IMG/VR virus record: IMGVR_UViG_3300044641_009805
Coordinates: 62,001 to 126,000 of that record
Direction: 5' to 3' (one strand)
Length of the DNA stretch: 64,000 nucleotides
The translations under genes and the position numbers were made by a program. Each line of letters opens with the position of its first letter. The first letter of the stretch is position 1. Shown here in pieces: positions 8,056 to 15,474 of this stretch. Under the pieces are notes generated by a model. That model was not told where the DNA came from. It saw only the letters and a program-made list of their open reading frames with translations, and made no database searches.

Positions 8056-8451
8056 ATGTCGACTCGCTCTTTCATCGGAATCCAGAATCTCGACGGCACG
8101 GTCACCGGCGTCTACTGCCACCATGATGGATATCTCGACGGCGTCGGAGCGACCCTCAAGGCCCACTACACGACGGTCCGCCAGGTGCTCGACCTCGTGG
8201 CGCTCGGCTCGTTGTCCTCTCTCCATGAGGACCTCGACTACACGCAGGCCTACCATCGTGACCGTGGTGATGACCTCGACATCTCCACCTACGACTCCCC
8301 TGTTGACATCAGCTTCGACGACGGAGGCTACGAGTTCGTCTACCTCTTCCGGCCGTCGGATGAGCGAGGATCGACCTATAGCTGGCACTACGCAGACCGT
8401 GAGGTCTTCGGCAAAGGTCCCGAGTTCAAGCCCCTCGCCTTCGCGGTGTAA
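8056..8451 (+). CDS. Conserved phage hypothetical protein (STRS.IG...YCHHDGY type)
   Basis: AGGAG SD; motif I recognise from other phages, function unknown. Confidence 0.8.
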   Translation: MSTRSFIGIQNLDGTVTGVYCHHDGYLDGVGATLKAHYTTVRQVLDLVALGSLSSLHEDLDYTQAYHRDRGDDLDISTYDSPVDISFDDGGYEFVYLFRPSDERGSTYSWHYADREVFGKGPEFKPLAFAV

Positions 8452-8481
8452 AGTCAACCCCCAACAAGATAAGGTAACAAC

Positions 8482-8724
8482 ATGACACGACGAGTTACGA
8501 ACAAGCTTCTCGAGATGATGGAAGAGGGCGCCTTGGATGCCGAGGTGCTGGTGAGGGCCTGCCTGACCTTCATGTCGGAGGCCGACGTGGCCGAGATGGC
8601 CGTGGGTGAGGGGTTCCTCGAGGAGGAGGACGCAGAGATCGACGAGGACGAAGATGAGGATGAGGTAGGCGAGGATGATGAGGAGGAAGAGCCCCTCTCA
8701 ACCTTCGGGGTGGACGACGACTGA
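8482..8724 (+). CDS. Highly acidic small protein, leaderless
   Basis: C-terminal D/E tract EEEDAEIDEDEDEDEVGEDDEEEE. Confidence 0.8.
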   Translation: MTRRVTNKLLEMMEEGALDAEVLVRACLTFMSEADVAEMAVGEGFLEEEDAEIDEDEDEDEVGEDDEEEEPLSTFGVDDD

Positions 8725-8776
8725 AAAAGTGCGGGCGGCGGTGCAAAGTCCTGTGTGATCGTGGTAGATTGGAACC

Positions 8777-9520
8777 ATGCCGATCATCAAGAAGAGCTAC
8801 GCCTACGGTCCCGGCCCCTCCACGTCGGAGGTGTACTTCCAGCACCGCGTCCTGCGGATCGAGAAGACCACGGAGACCCGCAACTGGTCGGACACGCTCG
8901 ACTACTCGGACCACCGCTCGACGGAGTGCACCTGGGCCCTCGTGTGGCTCGGTACCCGCGGCGTTCCAGCCCGCGATGCCCACTACGCCGGCGGTCGCAC
9001 CGTCGCCTACTTCGACGCCCTCAAGTGGGACGCCGACAAGATCCGCGACCTCGAGGTCCACGAGCAGTTTGCCTGGGTGGATTGCACCAACCTCTTCGTG
9101 GATCGTAACGGCTACTCGCTGGTGCCTTCGGTCGATCCTTTCGACATGCAGCTCCTCCACGGCGGTCCGGAGATGATCGAGGGGCTCGCGGTCTGGGAGG
9201 CCTACCACACGGCTCGGATCGCCCGTGCGGAGGCGGAACGGATGGCCAAGGTCGCCGAAGCTGCTGCCCAGGTCGCCGCCGAGAAGGCGAAGAGGGATGC
9301 CCGCCAAGCAAAGCGAGATGCCAAGCTCCAGGCCGAGAAGGCGGTGGCTGAGGGTCAGTTGGCCCGGATCCCCGCCAAGGGCACCACGGTCACGGTCGAT
9401 GGGTTCACCGGCAAGGTCTTCTGGATCGGTGTCTCCAAGTACCGCGGCAAGTGGAATGCCCGGGCAGGGGTGAAGGACCCCAAAGGGAACGTCCAGTGGG
9501 TCCCGGCAGATAAGTTCTGA
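8777..9520 (+). CDS. Hypothetical protein with Ala/Lys coiled coil and C-terminal beta domain
   Basis: ATG 6 nt after TAGATT; GC3-rich codon pattern. Confidence 0.8.
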   Translation: MPIIKKSYAYGPGPSTSEVYFQHRVLRIEKTTETRNWSDTLDYSDHRSTECTWALVWLGTRGVPARDAHYAGGRTVAYFDALKWDADKIRDLEVHEQFAWVDCTNLFVDRNGYSLVPSVDPFDMQLLHGGPEMIEGLAVWEAYHTARIARAEAERMAKVAEAAAQVAAEKAKRDARQAKRDAKLQAEKAVAEGQLARIPAKGTTVTVDGFTGKVFWIGVSKYRGKWNARAGVKDPKGNVQWVPADKF

Positions 9521-9537
9521 CCCTCGTCCCACCCCCA

Positions 9538-9616
9538 GGATGACCCAGGAGAGGTTCCTGAAACTGGGGGTGGGGTAACCTAGGTCGAATTGTCCTAGGC
9601 CTCTCCTGGGTCATCC
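9538..9616. repeat. 79-bp palindromic element, copy 2
   Basis: Same 17-bp arms (extendable to 21 bp, 9534-9620), N45, GGTAACC (9574-9580) on the dyad axis. Confidence 0.95.
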
Positions 9617-9682
9617 TGGGTGACCTGAGAAAAAGTGCCCATGTCGGTGCAAAGTTCCACCGGGAAAGGGTATACTGGGACC

Positions 9683-9769
9683 ATGAAGAACGCCGCCGCT
9701 GACATCCTCGGAGCCATCGTCACCGTCGCCACCACGGCCTTCGCGGCCTGGTGGATGATGGCCGCCTGA
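9683..9769 (+). CDS. 28-aa hydrophobic peptide, leaderless (not in ORF track)
   Basis: MKNAAADILGAIVTVATTAFAAWWMMAA; own promoter copy 9648. Confidence 0.7.
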   Translation: MKNAAADILGAIVTVATTAFAAWWMMAA

Positions 9770-9809
9770 ACCCGGTGCAAAGTCACCCATGACAAGATAT
9801 ATACTTGTC

Positions 9810-10136
9810 ATGAAACTGACCACGAAACAGCTAAGAAGCTTGATCAACGAAGTCCTTGAAGAAGAAGGAGTGACACCGGCCATGACCACCGACCAACTCA
9901 AGGAGATCGCGGCGGAACTCACCAAGGCGGAGAAGGCGGCCTTCCTCAACGCCCGGCCTTACCCCCCGGATGGTCGGGTCCAACTGCCTTCGGGCCGGGT
10001 CCTCGACGTCGGCTCTTGGGAAGCCGCCATGGAACTCAACACCCTCGTCATGTTGCCGCAGAAGAAGATCGGAACAGGCCGAGGTGGTCTGAAGGGTCGC
10101 CCGGCCTGGCTGAAAAAAGCGCTCGGCTACTACTGA
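9810..10136 (+). CDS. Hypothetical protein with MKLT..QLR.LI.E N-terminal motif
   Basis: MKLTTKQLRSLINEVLEEE; promoter copy 9776. Confidence 0.8.
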   Translation: MKLTTKQLRSLINEVLEEEGVTPAMTTDQLKEIAAELTKAEKAAFLNARPYPPDGRVQLPSGRVLDVGSWEAAMELNTLVMLPQKKIGTGRGGLKGRPAWLKKALGYY

Positions 10137-10175
10137 GCGGTGCAAAGTCAACCTCGAACAGGATAAGGTAGAACC

Positions 10176-10397
10176 ATGGACAACATCAAGATCTTCGTGG
10201 TGCAGCAGGGTGCAATGTCCTATTCCAACGTCGACGAGGTCACCTACGTGTTCCTCAACGAGGCGGACGCTCGGGTCAAGTACGCGTACCTCCTCGAGAA
10301 CCGGGTGGTCGAGTGCGACTCTTACGACAGGACCTGGACTTCCCTCCACGCGGTGACTCCTGGCGACGAGGTGTCGCAGGACAACAAGATCGCCTGA
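10176..10397 (+). CDS. Hypothetical protein, leaderless
   Basis: Promoter copy 10141. Confidence 0.75.
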   Translation: MDNIKIFVVQQGAMSYSNVDEVTYVFLNEADARVKYAYLLENRVVECDSYDRTWTSLHAVTPGDEVSQDNKIA

Positions 10398-10433
10398 GTG
10401 CAAAGTCAACCTCGAACAGGATAAGGTAGAACC

Positions 10434-10751
10434 ATGAACATCATCGAGTACGTCTCCGGCGGCCGTAGGTACCGGGCCACCCTCGTCCCTGGGAAGCACA
10501 TCATCGTGGAGTGCTTCCGGGATGATCAGTTCGTCTCCATGCGGAAGTTCGAGGTCGGCGATGTGGCCGAGTACGACTCCTTCAACCTCCGCTACACCGC
10601 GCCCATCGTCTCCATCGGCAAGTCCACGGTCACGTTCAATGTGTACGACAGCAAGAGGCGCCTCAAGGCTGAGAACTTCGCCTGGCGCAATTGGAACTTC
10701 AACGCCGAGGAGATCGCCCGTCGGAACGCGGAGACGAGCCAGCACATCTGA
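10434..10751 (+). CDS. Hypothetical protein, leaderless
   Basis: Promoter copy 10399 (identical to 10141). Confidence 0.8.
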   Translation: MNIIEYVSGGRRYRATLVPGKHIIVECFRDDQFVSMRKFEVGDVAEYDSFNLRYTAPIVSIGKSTVTFNVYDSKRRLKAENFAWRNWNFNAEEIARRNAETSQHI

Positions 10752-10792
10752 ACCCGGTGCAAAGTTCGACCGTGATAGGGTATACTAGGACC

Positions 10793-11035
10793 ATGAACAA
10801 GTTCGATGCTTTCGCGGCCAAGGCGAAGATCCTCGGGGAGATGCTGGAGACCGTCGGCAAGCTGCGGGACTCCGACCTGGAGAAGCTCGTGGCGCCGATG
10901 GAAGGCATGACGGTGTGGTCCCACGACGATGTTGAGTCGCTGACTGACTCGATCAACCACCTCTTCGAGGAGCTGATGATGCTCCAGGAAGAACTCCAGT
11001 CCTTCACCAGCCCGGCTGAGAGGTCGAGTGGCTGA
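10793..11035 (+). CDS. Hypothetical protein, leaderless
   Basis: ATG 6 nt after TATACT (10781-10786). Confidence 0.75.
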   Translation: MNKFDAFAAKAKILGEMLETVGKLRDSDLEKLVAPMEGMTVWSHDDVESLTDSINHLFEELMMLQEELQSFTSPAERSSG

Positions 11036-11039
11036 CCCA

Positions 11040-11117
11040 GGATGACCCAGGAGAGGCCCTGAGAATTCCCGGTGGGGTAACCTCCGCCTCGAACCTCCGG
11101 CCTCTCCTGGGTCATCC
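11040..11117. repeat. 78-bp palindromic element, copy 3
   Basis: Same 17-bp arms, N44, GGTAACC at 11076-11082. Confidence 0.95.
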
Positions 11118-11174
11118 TCGAGGGAGTGCAAGGGGACGGTGCAAAGTTCCACCGGAGAGGGATAAGATGGACCC

Positions 11175-11705
11175 ATGACAGTGATATCGTGGATCGCCCT
11201 CCTCGTCGCCATAGTGGCCCTTGCTGACTCGCAAGAGACTCGAGCACGCCTCAAGACACTCAGCCGCATCCCCGGTCCACGAGGGCTCCGAGGTCTACGT
11301 GGGGCGCCAGGACCGAGAGGAGAGGCCGGAGAGGTAGGCCCATGTGGCCCACCAGGACCCCAAGGTGAAACAGGTCCCCAAGGAACCCCAGGCATTCCTG
11401 GGCCAAAGGGAGACCCAGGAGACGGTGGGCCAATGGGACCCCAAGGCCCGACAGGGGAAGCAGGACCCAAGGGTGAGACCGGTCTAACGGGTGACCAGGG
11501 TCCAAGCGGCCCAACAGGTCCCCAGGGTCCTCGAGGTGAGGCAGGACCGACCGGACCCCAAGGTGATATGGGACCACCTGGCCCACGGGGAGAAGTGGGA
11601 CCTAGAGGTCCCCAGGGCTTCAAGGGTGAGTCCAGCGGACCGGCCGAACGGGAACTCCTCGCCCATTGGGCCCACGAGGCACTGAAGCCCCGAGGCGAAG
11701 AATGA
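11175..11705 (+). CDS. Membrane-anchored collagen-like protein
   Basis: N-terminal hydrophobic [14 protein letters not shown] followed by a long uninterrupted Gly-X-Y tract. Confidence 0.85.
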   Translation: MTVISWIALLVAIVALADSQETRARLKTLSRIPGPRGLRGLRGAPGPRGEAGEVGPCGPPGPQGETGPQGTPGIPGPKGDPGDGGPMGPQGPTGEAGPKGETGLTGDQGPSGPTGPQGPRGEAGPTGPQGDMGPPGPRGEVGPRGPQGFKGESSGPAERELLAHWAHEALKPRGEE

Positions 11706-11751
11706 CACGAGATCGGTGCAAAGTCACCCCTGAATAGGGTATACTGGGACC

Positions 11752-11949
11752 GTGAAGATCATCTACCTGTTGTTCAGCGACGTGACCTTCGGGACCCACG
11801 AGCACGGCTTCATCCCGCGCAAAGTCGTTCAGGATCCGGACGACGAGGACGCCCGCTACGAGCGCCACCTGAAGTCCAAGGGCATCAATGCCCGTGTGTA
11901 CGACGGCAAGGTGAAGCTCCTTGAGCCCGGGGAAAAGTTCACGATCTGA
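11752..11949 (+). CDS. Hypothetical protein, leaderless (GTG)
   Basis: GTG 6 nt after TATACT. Confidence 0.7.
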   Translation: MKIIYLLFSDVTFGTHEHGFIPRKVVQDPDDEDARYERHLKSKGINARVYDGKVKLLEPGEKFTI

Positions 11950-11985
11950 GTGCAAAGTTCAACCTCGAAAGGATATACTAGGATC

Positions 11986-12213
11986 ATGAACAACGCAATC
12001 CAACCCGGCGATCGAGTCATCCTCTCCCCCGTCAACGGCCTCGGGTGCAGTGCCTTCCTCGTCCTGGAGGTCGACCCCAACGTGCATCCGACCCACCGCC
12101 TCTACGTCGAAGGCCGGAATGGCCAGCGCTGGTGGGCCCGGATCGAGGGAGCGCGGATCCTCCCGGAGGAACCTGAGGGGAACTTCACCTCGAGCCGTCA
12201 CGGCGATTGGTGA
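11986..12213 (+). CDS. Hypothetical protein, leaderless
   Basis: ATG 6 nt after TATACT. Confidence 0.75.
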   Translation: MNNAIQPGDRVILSPVNGLGCSAFLVLEVDPNVHPTHRLYVEGRNGQRWWARIEGARILPEEPEGNFTSSRHGDW

Positions 12214-12267
12214 GAAAAAGCCCTCCATCCGGTGCAAAGTCAACCCCGAACGAGGTAAGGTAGAACC

Positions 12268-12462
12268 ATGGACACCGCATTCGAAGTCTTCATCTCCGAC
12301 ACCATCCATGGCACCTCCGACCGTCGGGCATACAAGACCCGGGAGCGGGCCGTGGCTCGGTACGAGGAGCTGACGCGGAACCACAAACGCAATGGCCACT
12401 CCGCCGTGATCCTCCGCCAGGGCAAAGCACAGATCTTCCCGGCACCGATCTGCGGCCGCTGA
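12268..12462 (+). CDS. Hypothetical protein, leaderless
   Basis: ATG 6 nt after TAAGGT. Confidence 0.75.
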   Translation: MDTAFEVFISDTIHGTSDRRAYKTRERAVARYEELTRNHKRNGHSAVILRQGKAQIFPAPICGR

Positions 12463-12498
12463 GTGCAAAGTTCACAGAGGAAAGGATATACTAGGACC

Positions 12499-12714
12499 AT
12501 GAAGAACATCATCACCCTCCTCAACGACGGCGAGACCTTCACCTCCGCGGAGGGCACCTCGGTCTGCTTCCTCTCCGACGACGACGTGGATCTCCTCGCC
12601 TCGGGTGAACGCACCATCGACGAGCTGGTCGGTGCCGTGGGCCGGCGACGGTACGACCTCACCAACCCGGCCCACCTCCGCCTCCTCGCGGACCGGCTCG
12701 AAAAGAACCGCTGA
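12499..12714 (+). CDS. Hypothetical protein, leaderless
   Basis: ATG 6 nt after TATACT. Confidence 0.75.
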   Translation: MKNIITLLNDGETFTSAEGTSVCFLSDDDVDLLASGERTIDELVGAVGRRRYDLTNPAHLRLLADRLEKNR

Positions 12715-12753
12715 CCGGTGCAAAGTTCGACTCCGAAAGGATATACTAAGACC

Positions 12754-12936
12754 ATGAAGATCTCCCGCGCCCAAATGACCTTCGACCGCAACAAGGACGC
12801 CGTGGGCATCCACCTCACCCTCGACGACGCGAAGCGGATCCGGGCAGCCTTGAGCGACCTGGACGGGGAAGACCTGGACAACTACGGCGGGATCCTCGAA
12901 CGCCTGCGGAAGGCCATTCCCCAACAGTGGGGCTGA
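12754..12936 (+). CDS. Hypothetical protein, leaderless
   Basis: ATG 6 nt after TATACT. Confidence 0.75.
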   Translation: MKISRAQMTFDRNKDAVGIHLTLDDAKRIRAALSDLDGEDLDNYGGILERLRKAIPQQWG

Positions 12937-12988
12937 AAAAGTTCACCCCTCGGTGCAAAGTTCGACCCCGAAAGGATAAGGTAGAACC

Positions 12989-13174
12989 ATGGACGCCAAA
13001 CACATCGCCCAGCTCATCGCCCAGGTGACCGACCTCCTCACCGCGGGGAAGATCGACCACGAGATGCAGGCCAACCTCACCGCCTCCCTCTGGGAGCTGG
13101 CGGCGCGGAAGGACCTCCGCGAGGAGGTGACGGAAATCCTTCGCCAGGACGCCCTCGAAGAGATGGGGGTGTGA
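12989..13174 (+). CDS. Hypothetical protein, leaderless
   Basis: ATG 6 nt after TAAGGT. Confidence 0.75.
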   Translation: MDAKHIAQLIAQVTDLLTAGKIDHEMQANLTASLWELAARKDLREEVTEILRQDALEEMGV

Positions 13175-13242
13175 CGGGGACCCTCTGAAAAAAAAGCCTC
13201 GGGGCGGTGCAAAGTTCCACCGGGAAAAGGTATACTAAGACC

Positions 13243-13521
13243 ATGGAAAACATCTCCAAGGGTTTCAAAAGCTGGCAAGGCATCGCTCGGATTCCGTCGG
13301 CGGACAATGCCGTCCAAATCTGGGATCTCATGGCAGCCGACTGGACCTACCACAAGGACAACTTTCCGGACCGCGTCCCGGCCGGGTTCGAAAACTGCTC
13401 CTTTGAGGACCTCGAGTTCACCTCCCATCCCCGCAAGGACCGTCTCCTGGCTCGGCCGGCCGGCACCAAAATCCCCTTCCACATCTGGCGGGGAGCCCTC
13501 CAAGGCTTCAATACAAAGTGA
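13243..13521 (+). CDS. Hypothetical protein, leaderless
   Basis: ATG 6 nt after TATACT. Confidence 0.75.
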   Translation: MENISKGFKSWQGIARIPSADNAVQIWDLMAADWTYHKDNFPDRVPAGFENCSFEDLEFTSHPRKDRLLARPAGTKIPFHIWRGALQGFNTK

Positions 13522-13527
13522 CCGGTT

Positions 13528-13556
13528 GGGGGAGGACCTTCGGGTCCTCCCCCTTT
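13528..13556 (+). terminator. Intrinsic terminator-like hairpin
   Basis: GGGGGAGGACC-TTCG-GGTCCTCCCCC-TTT (cUUCGg loop) just after a stop. Confidence 0.8.
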
Positions 13557-13594
13557 CCGTGCAAAGTTCCCACCAGAAAAGGTACACTGAGACC

Positions 13595-13957
13595 ATGAAG
13601 AACCCCGGCAAGGGCGAGTCCACCCTGGCCACCACCATCCAGTCACTCGGCCTCGAGGCACACATGGACAAGGCCAACTTCCTCGAACTCCGTGAGGCGG
13701 CCTACACGATCGACCGCCTCCGTGCCGACCTCACCGACTGCTCTCGGCTCATGGCGAAACGTCTCACCTCCTTCGCGGATGACATCGCCGATGGCCGCAC
13801 TCACATGTCTCCCCCCACGGGCAGCTCCCTCCTCGACGACATCACGGAGAAGACCGCGGTGCTCAATGAGAAGACCTCGGCCTTCCCCACCCTCCTCCGC
13901 CTCGTGCTCGGCCCCGACGGGTCGAAGGAGTTCTTCCGGATCCTCCGCGGAGTGTGA
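13595..13957 (+). CDS. Hypothetical protein, paralog of 6231-6593
   Basis: ATG 6 nt after TACACT; AAYTIDRLR...KRLTSFADDIADGRT...FFRILRG. Confidence 0.8.
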   Translation: MKNPGKGESTLATTIQSLGLEAHMDKANFLELREAAYTIDRLRADLTDCSRLMAKRLTSFADDIADGRTHMSPPTGSSLLDDITEKTAVLNEKTSAFPTLLRLVLGPDGSKEFFRILRGV

Positions 13958-14007
13958 AGCTCCACCTCGTCAGCAGCTGACACGCGGGAGGATGATATAT
14001 ATCCTCC

Positions 14008-14295
14008 ATGAAGCTAACGTCAGAACAACTACGCATCATCATCGACGACGTCATCGCCGAGGACCTCAAGAACGTCCGCGGCAAACACGAACACACCATC
14101 GCAGGCACCACCGCCCTTCGACGAATGCACGATGCGCCCGGCGTACTCGAGGCGCTATCACAGATCACGGACCCCAAAGAACTGGCGCAGGTCATCGAGG
14201 CCATCATCGACGCGGTGCCCATGGTCAAACGCGGCGACGTCCTGGAAACATTGGCGAAGGTGACGCGCCACGAACGATCAACGCGGAGGTTCTGA
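14008..14295 (+). CDS. Hypothetical protein with MKLT motif
   Basis: MKLTSEQLRIIIDDVIAE; preceded by GATATATAT. Confidence 0.75.
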   Translation: MKLTSEQLRIIIDDVIAEDLKNVRGKHEHTIAGTTALRRMHDAPGVLEALSQITDPKELAQVIEAIIDAVPMVKRGDVLETLAKVTRHERSTRRF

Positions 14296-14296
14296 C

Positions 14297-14395
14297 ATGA
14301 ACCTCAACAGATCACACCTCATAGCCTTCCTCGAAGGCGCGGCCATCGGCATCATCATCGGCTGGGTGCTGTGGTGGGGCCTGCTGCAAGGTTGA
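14297..14395 (+). CDS. 32-aa single-TM peptide
   Basis: MNLNRSHLIAFLEGAAIGIIIGWVLWWGLLQG, 1 nt after upstream stop. Confidence 0.55.
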   Translation: MNLNRSHLIAFLEGAAIGIIIGWVLWWGLLQG

Positions 14396-14400
14396 ACTAC

Positions 14401-14585
14401 AAGGGGCCTGTGGAGAGAGCAAACGGGCCTAGGGGCCGCCCCCTTGCAAGGGCCCCTCAAAGGCCCCTCTTTAGGCCCCTAAAATGGGGCCCCGGCCCCG
14501 CCCCTAAAAGGGGCATTTTCTGTGGGGTTTTTGGGGCCGCCGGGGGGCGCTAAACCCGCGCGCAAATCTCGAGAAATTTTGAGAT
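14401..14585. other. Non-coding GGCCCC/GGGGCC repeat tract; candidate replication origin
   Basis: GGCCCCT at 14451, 14462, 14474, further GGCCCC/GCCCCT to 14505, inverted GGGGCC copies; + strand is C/A-rich to the left and G/T-rich to the right. Confidence 0.5.
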
Positions 14586-14634
14586 TAAAGCGGTCCTTAC
14601 CCACGCTCGTGGGGGCACATGCCTATTTATAAGC

Positions 14635-14817
14635 ATGTTAAAGCTCAGCCCCGGAGATCTGTGCGTCTACGAAGATGATGGCGTGGCACCGAGAGAGATC
14701 TTGGATCGAGTCTTGGTGTTCCTGTATCATCTCGATGAACAGCCGGATGAGGGAATCTTCCTGTGCAACGACGGGACGGTTGACTTCGAGTACATAGCCT
14801 TTCTAAAGAGGTTGTGA
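14635..14817 (+). CDS. Small hypothetical protein
   Basis: CTATTTAT immediately upstream; plausible composition. Confidence 0.55.
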   Translation: MLKLSPGDLCVYEDDGVAPREILDRVLVFLYHLDEQPDEGIFLCNDGTVDFEYIAFLKRL

Positions 14818-14948
14818 ATTGAGTTCCGGCTCCGCGGATTTTCTGGAGCTGTTGTGGTGCTCGAAAATTTCTCGGGAAATTTTTTGCGTCGAAATGACCG
14901 TTGTTCTTCGCGTCTGGAGCGACGTACCATGGTGGCTGAGGTGATGAG

Positions 14949-15053
14949 ATGCGTATGAGGTATGGTAAGATGTTTGAGAGGATGTTCGTGGCTTCGGTGT
15001 TTCGGTTGATCATTGGAGCCTTGTTGGCCCCGTTGCGGCGGCTCTTTCGGTAG
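14949..15053 (+). CDS. 34-aa basic/hydrophobic peptide
   Basis: GAGGTG SD; MRMRYGKMFERMFVASVFRLIIGALLAPLRRLFR. Confidence 0.4.
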   Translation: MRMRYGKMFERMFVASVFRLIIGALLAPLRRLFR

Positions 15054-15096
15054 ATGTCAGGTAGCGTGATATATATGTGTTGAGACAGGAGACGAC

Positions 15097-15474
15097 ATGA
15101 AGCTGACGCTGCCGAGATTGAGACAGATCATCAAAGAAGAACTTGAGACGCTGACGGGAGGAGATGGGCCTGGGGGACAGTGGAGGCTCACGGCAGAGCC
15201 TGCGATGGACATTTTGGCGGATGAGGCGGCGTCAAATCCTGCTCTCGTGTACGACGCGAATCCTGATGTGGATGAGACTCGTGAGGGCGTCCTTTCCAGG
15301 TTGAGTGATCCTGAAACGGGCGCGTTCGTGGAGCTCTCTCTAAGAGAGACCGACCAAGTTGTCGTGCGCTGGGCAGCCTCGAGGGCGCGCCCCAAGGTCA
15401 GCGTTTTGAAAGGCGATTCTCGTGACGACCGTACCATGATGGACGTGATGGACGACGCCTTTGGTGGCGTCTGA
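15097..15474 (+). CDS. Hypothetical protein with MKLT motif
   Basis: MKLTLPRLRQIIKEELE; AGGAG SD; GATATATAT upstream. Confidence 0.8.
   Translation: MKLTLPRLRQIIKEELETLTGGDGPGGQWRLTAEPAMDILADEAASNPALVYDANPDVDETREGVLSRLSDPETGAFVELSLRETDQVVVRWAASRARPKVSVLKGDSRDDRTMMDVMDDAFGGV

Larger units (their letters stand above)
215..13594 (+). promoter_or_regulatory. Dispersed family of 29 promoter-like repeats TG(C/T)AAA-N17-TANNNT-N6-start
   Basis: TGYAAA box starts at 215, 1103, 1596, 2181, 3290, 4229, 5111, 5953, 6195, 6613, 6927, 7194, 7956, 8447, 8742, 9648, 9776, 10141, 10399, 10758, 11140, 11717, 11951, 12233, 12464, 12719, 12954, 13208, 13560. Spacer is 17 bp (16 in two copies); -10 boxes include TATACT, TAAGGT, TAAGAT, TAGAGT. 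A-tracts (UP-element-like) precede several. Confidence 0.9.

Noticed and set aside
2094-11117. Palindromic elements as integron attC sites or simple terminators
   Set aside because: No RYYYAAC/GTTRRRY ends, perfect arms without extrahelical bases, only three copies, no integrase; 44-45 nt loop and no U-tract
5952-13242. ORF-track starts reading MQS.. (5952, 6612, 11950, 12463, 12718, 13207)
   Set aside because: These are the GTG CAA AGT of the promoter box read in frame; the ATG 36 nt downstream is the consistent start
215-13594. Repeats as a CRISPR array
   Set aside because: Repeats are degenerate with -35/-10 geometry, and the intervals are whole ORFs of 100-900 bp rather than uniform spacers; no cas genes seen
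5667-13677. Long minus-strand ORFs (e.g. 8570-9532, 9831-10745, 10592-11623)
   Set aside because: Antisense shadows of GC3-rich + strand genes; they cross several promoter cassettes
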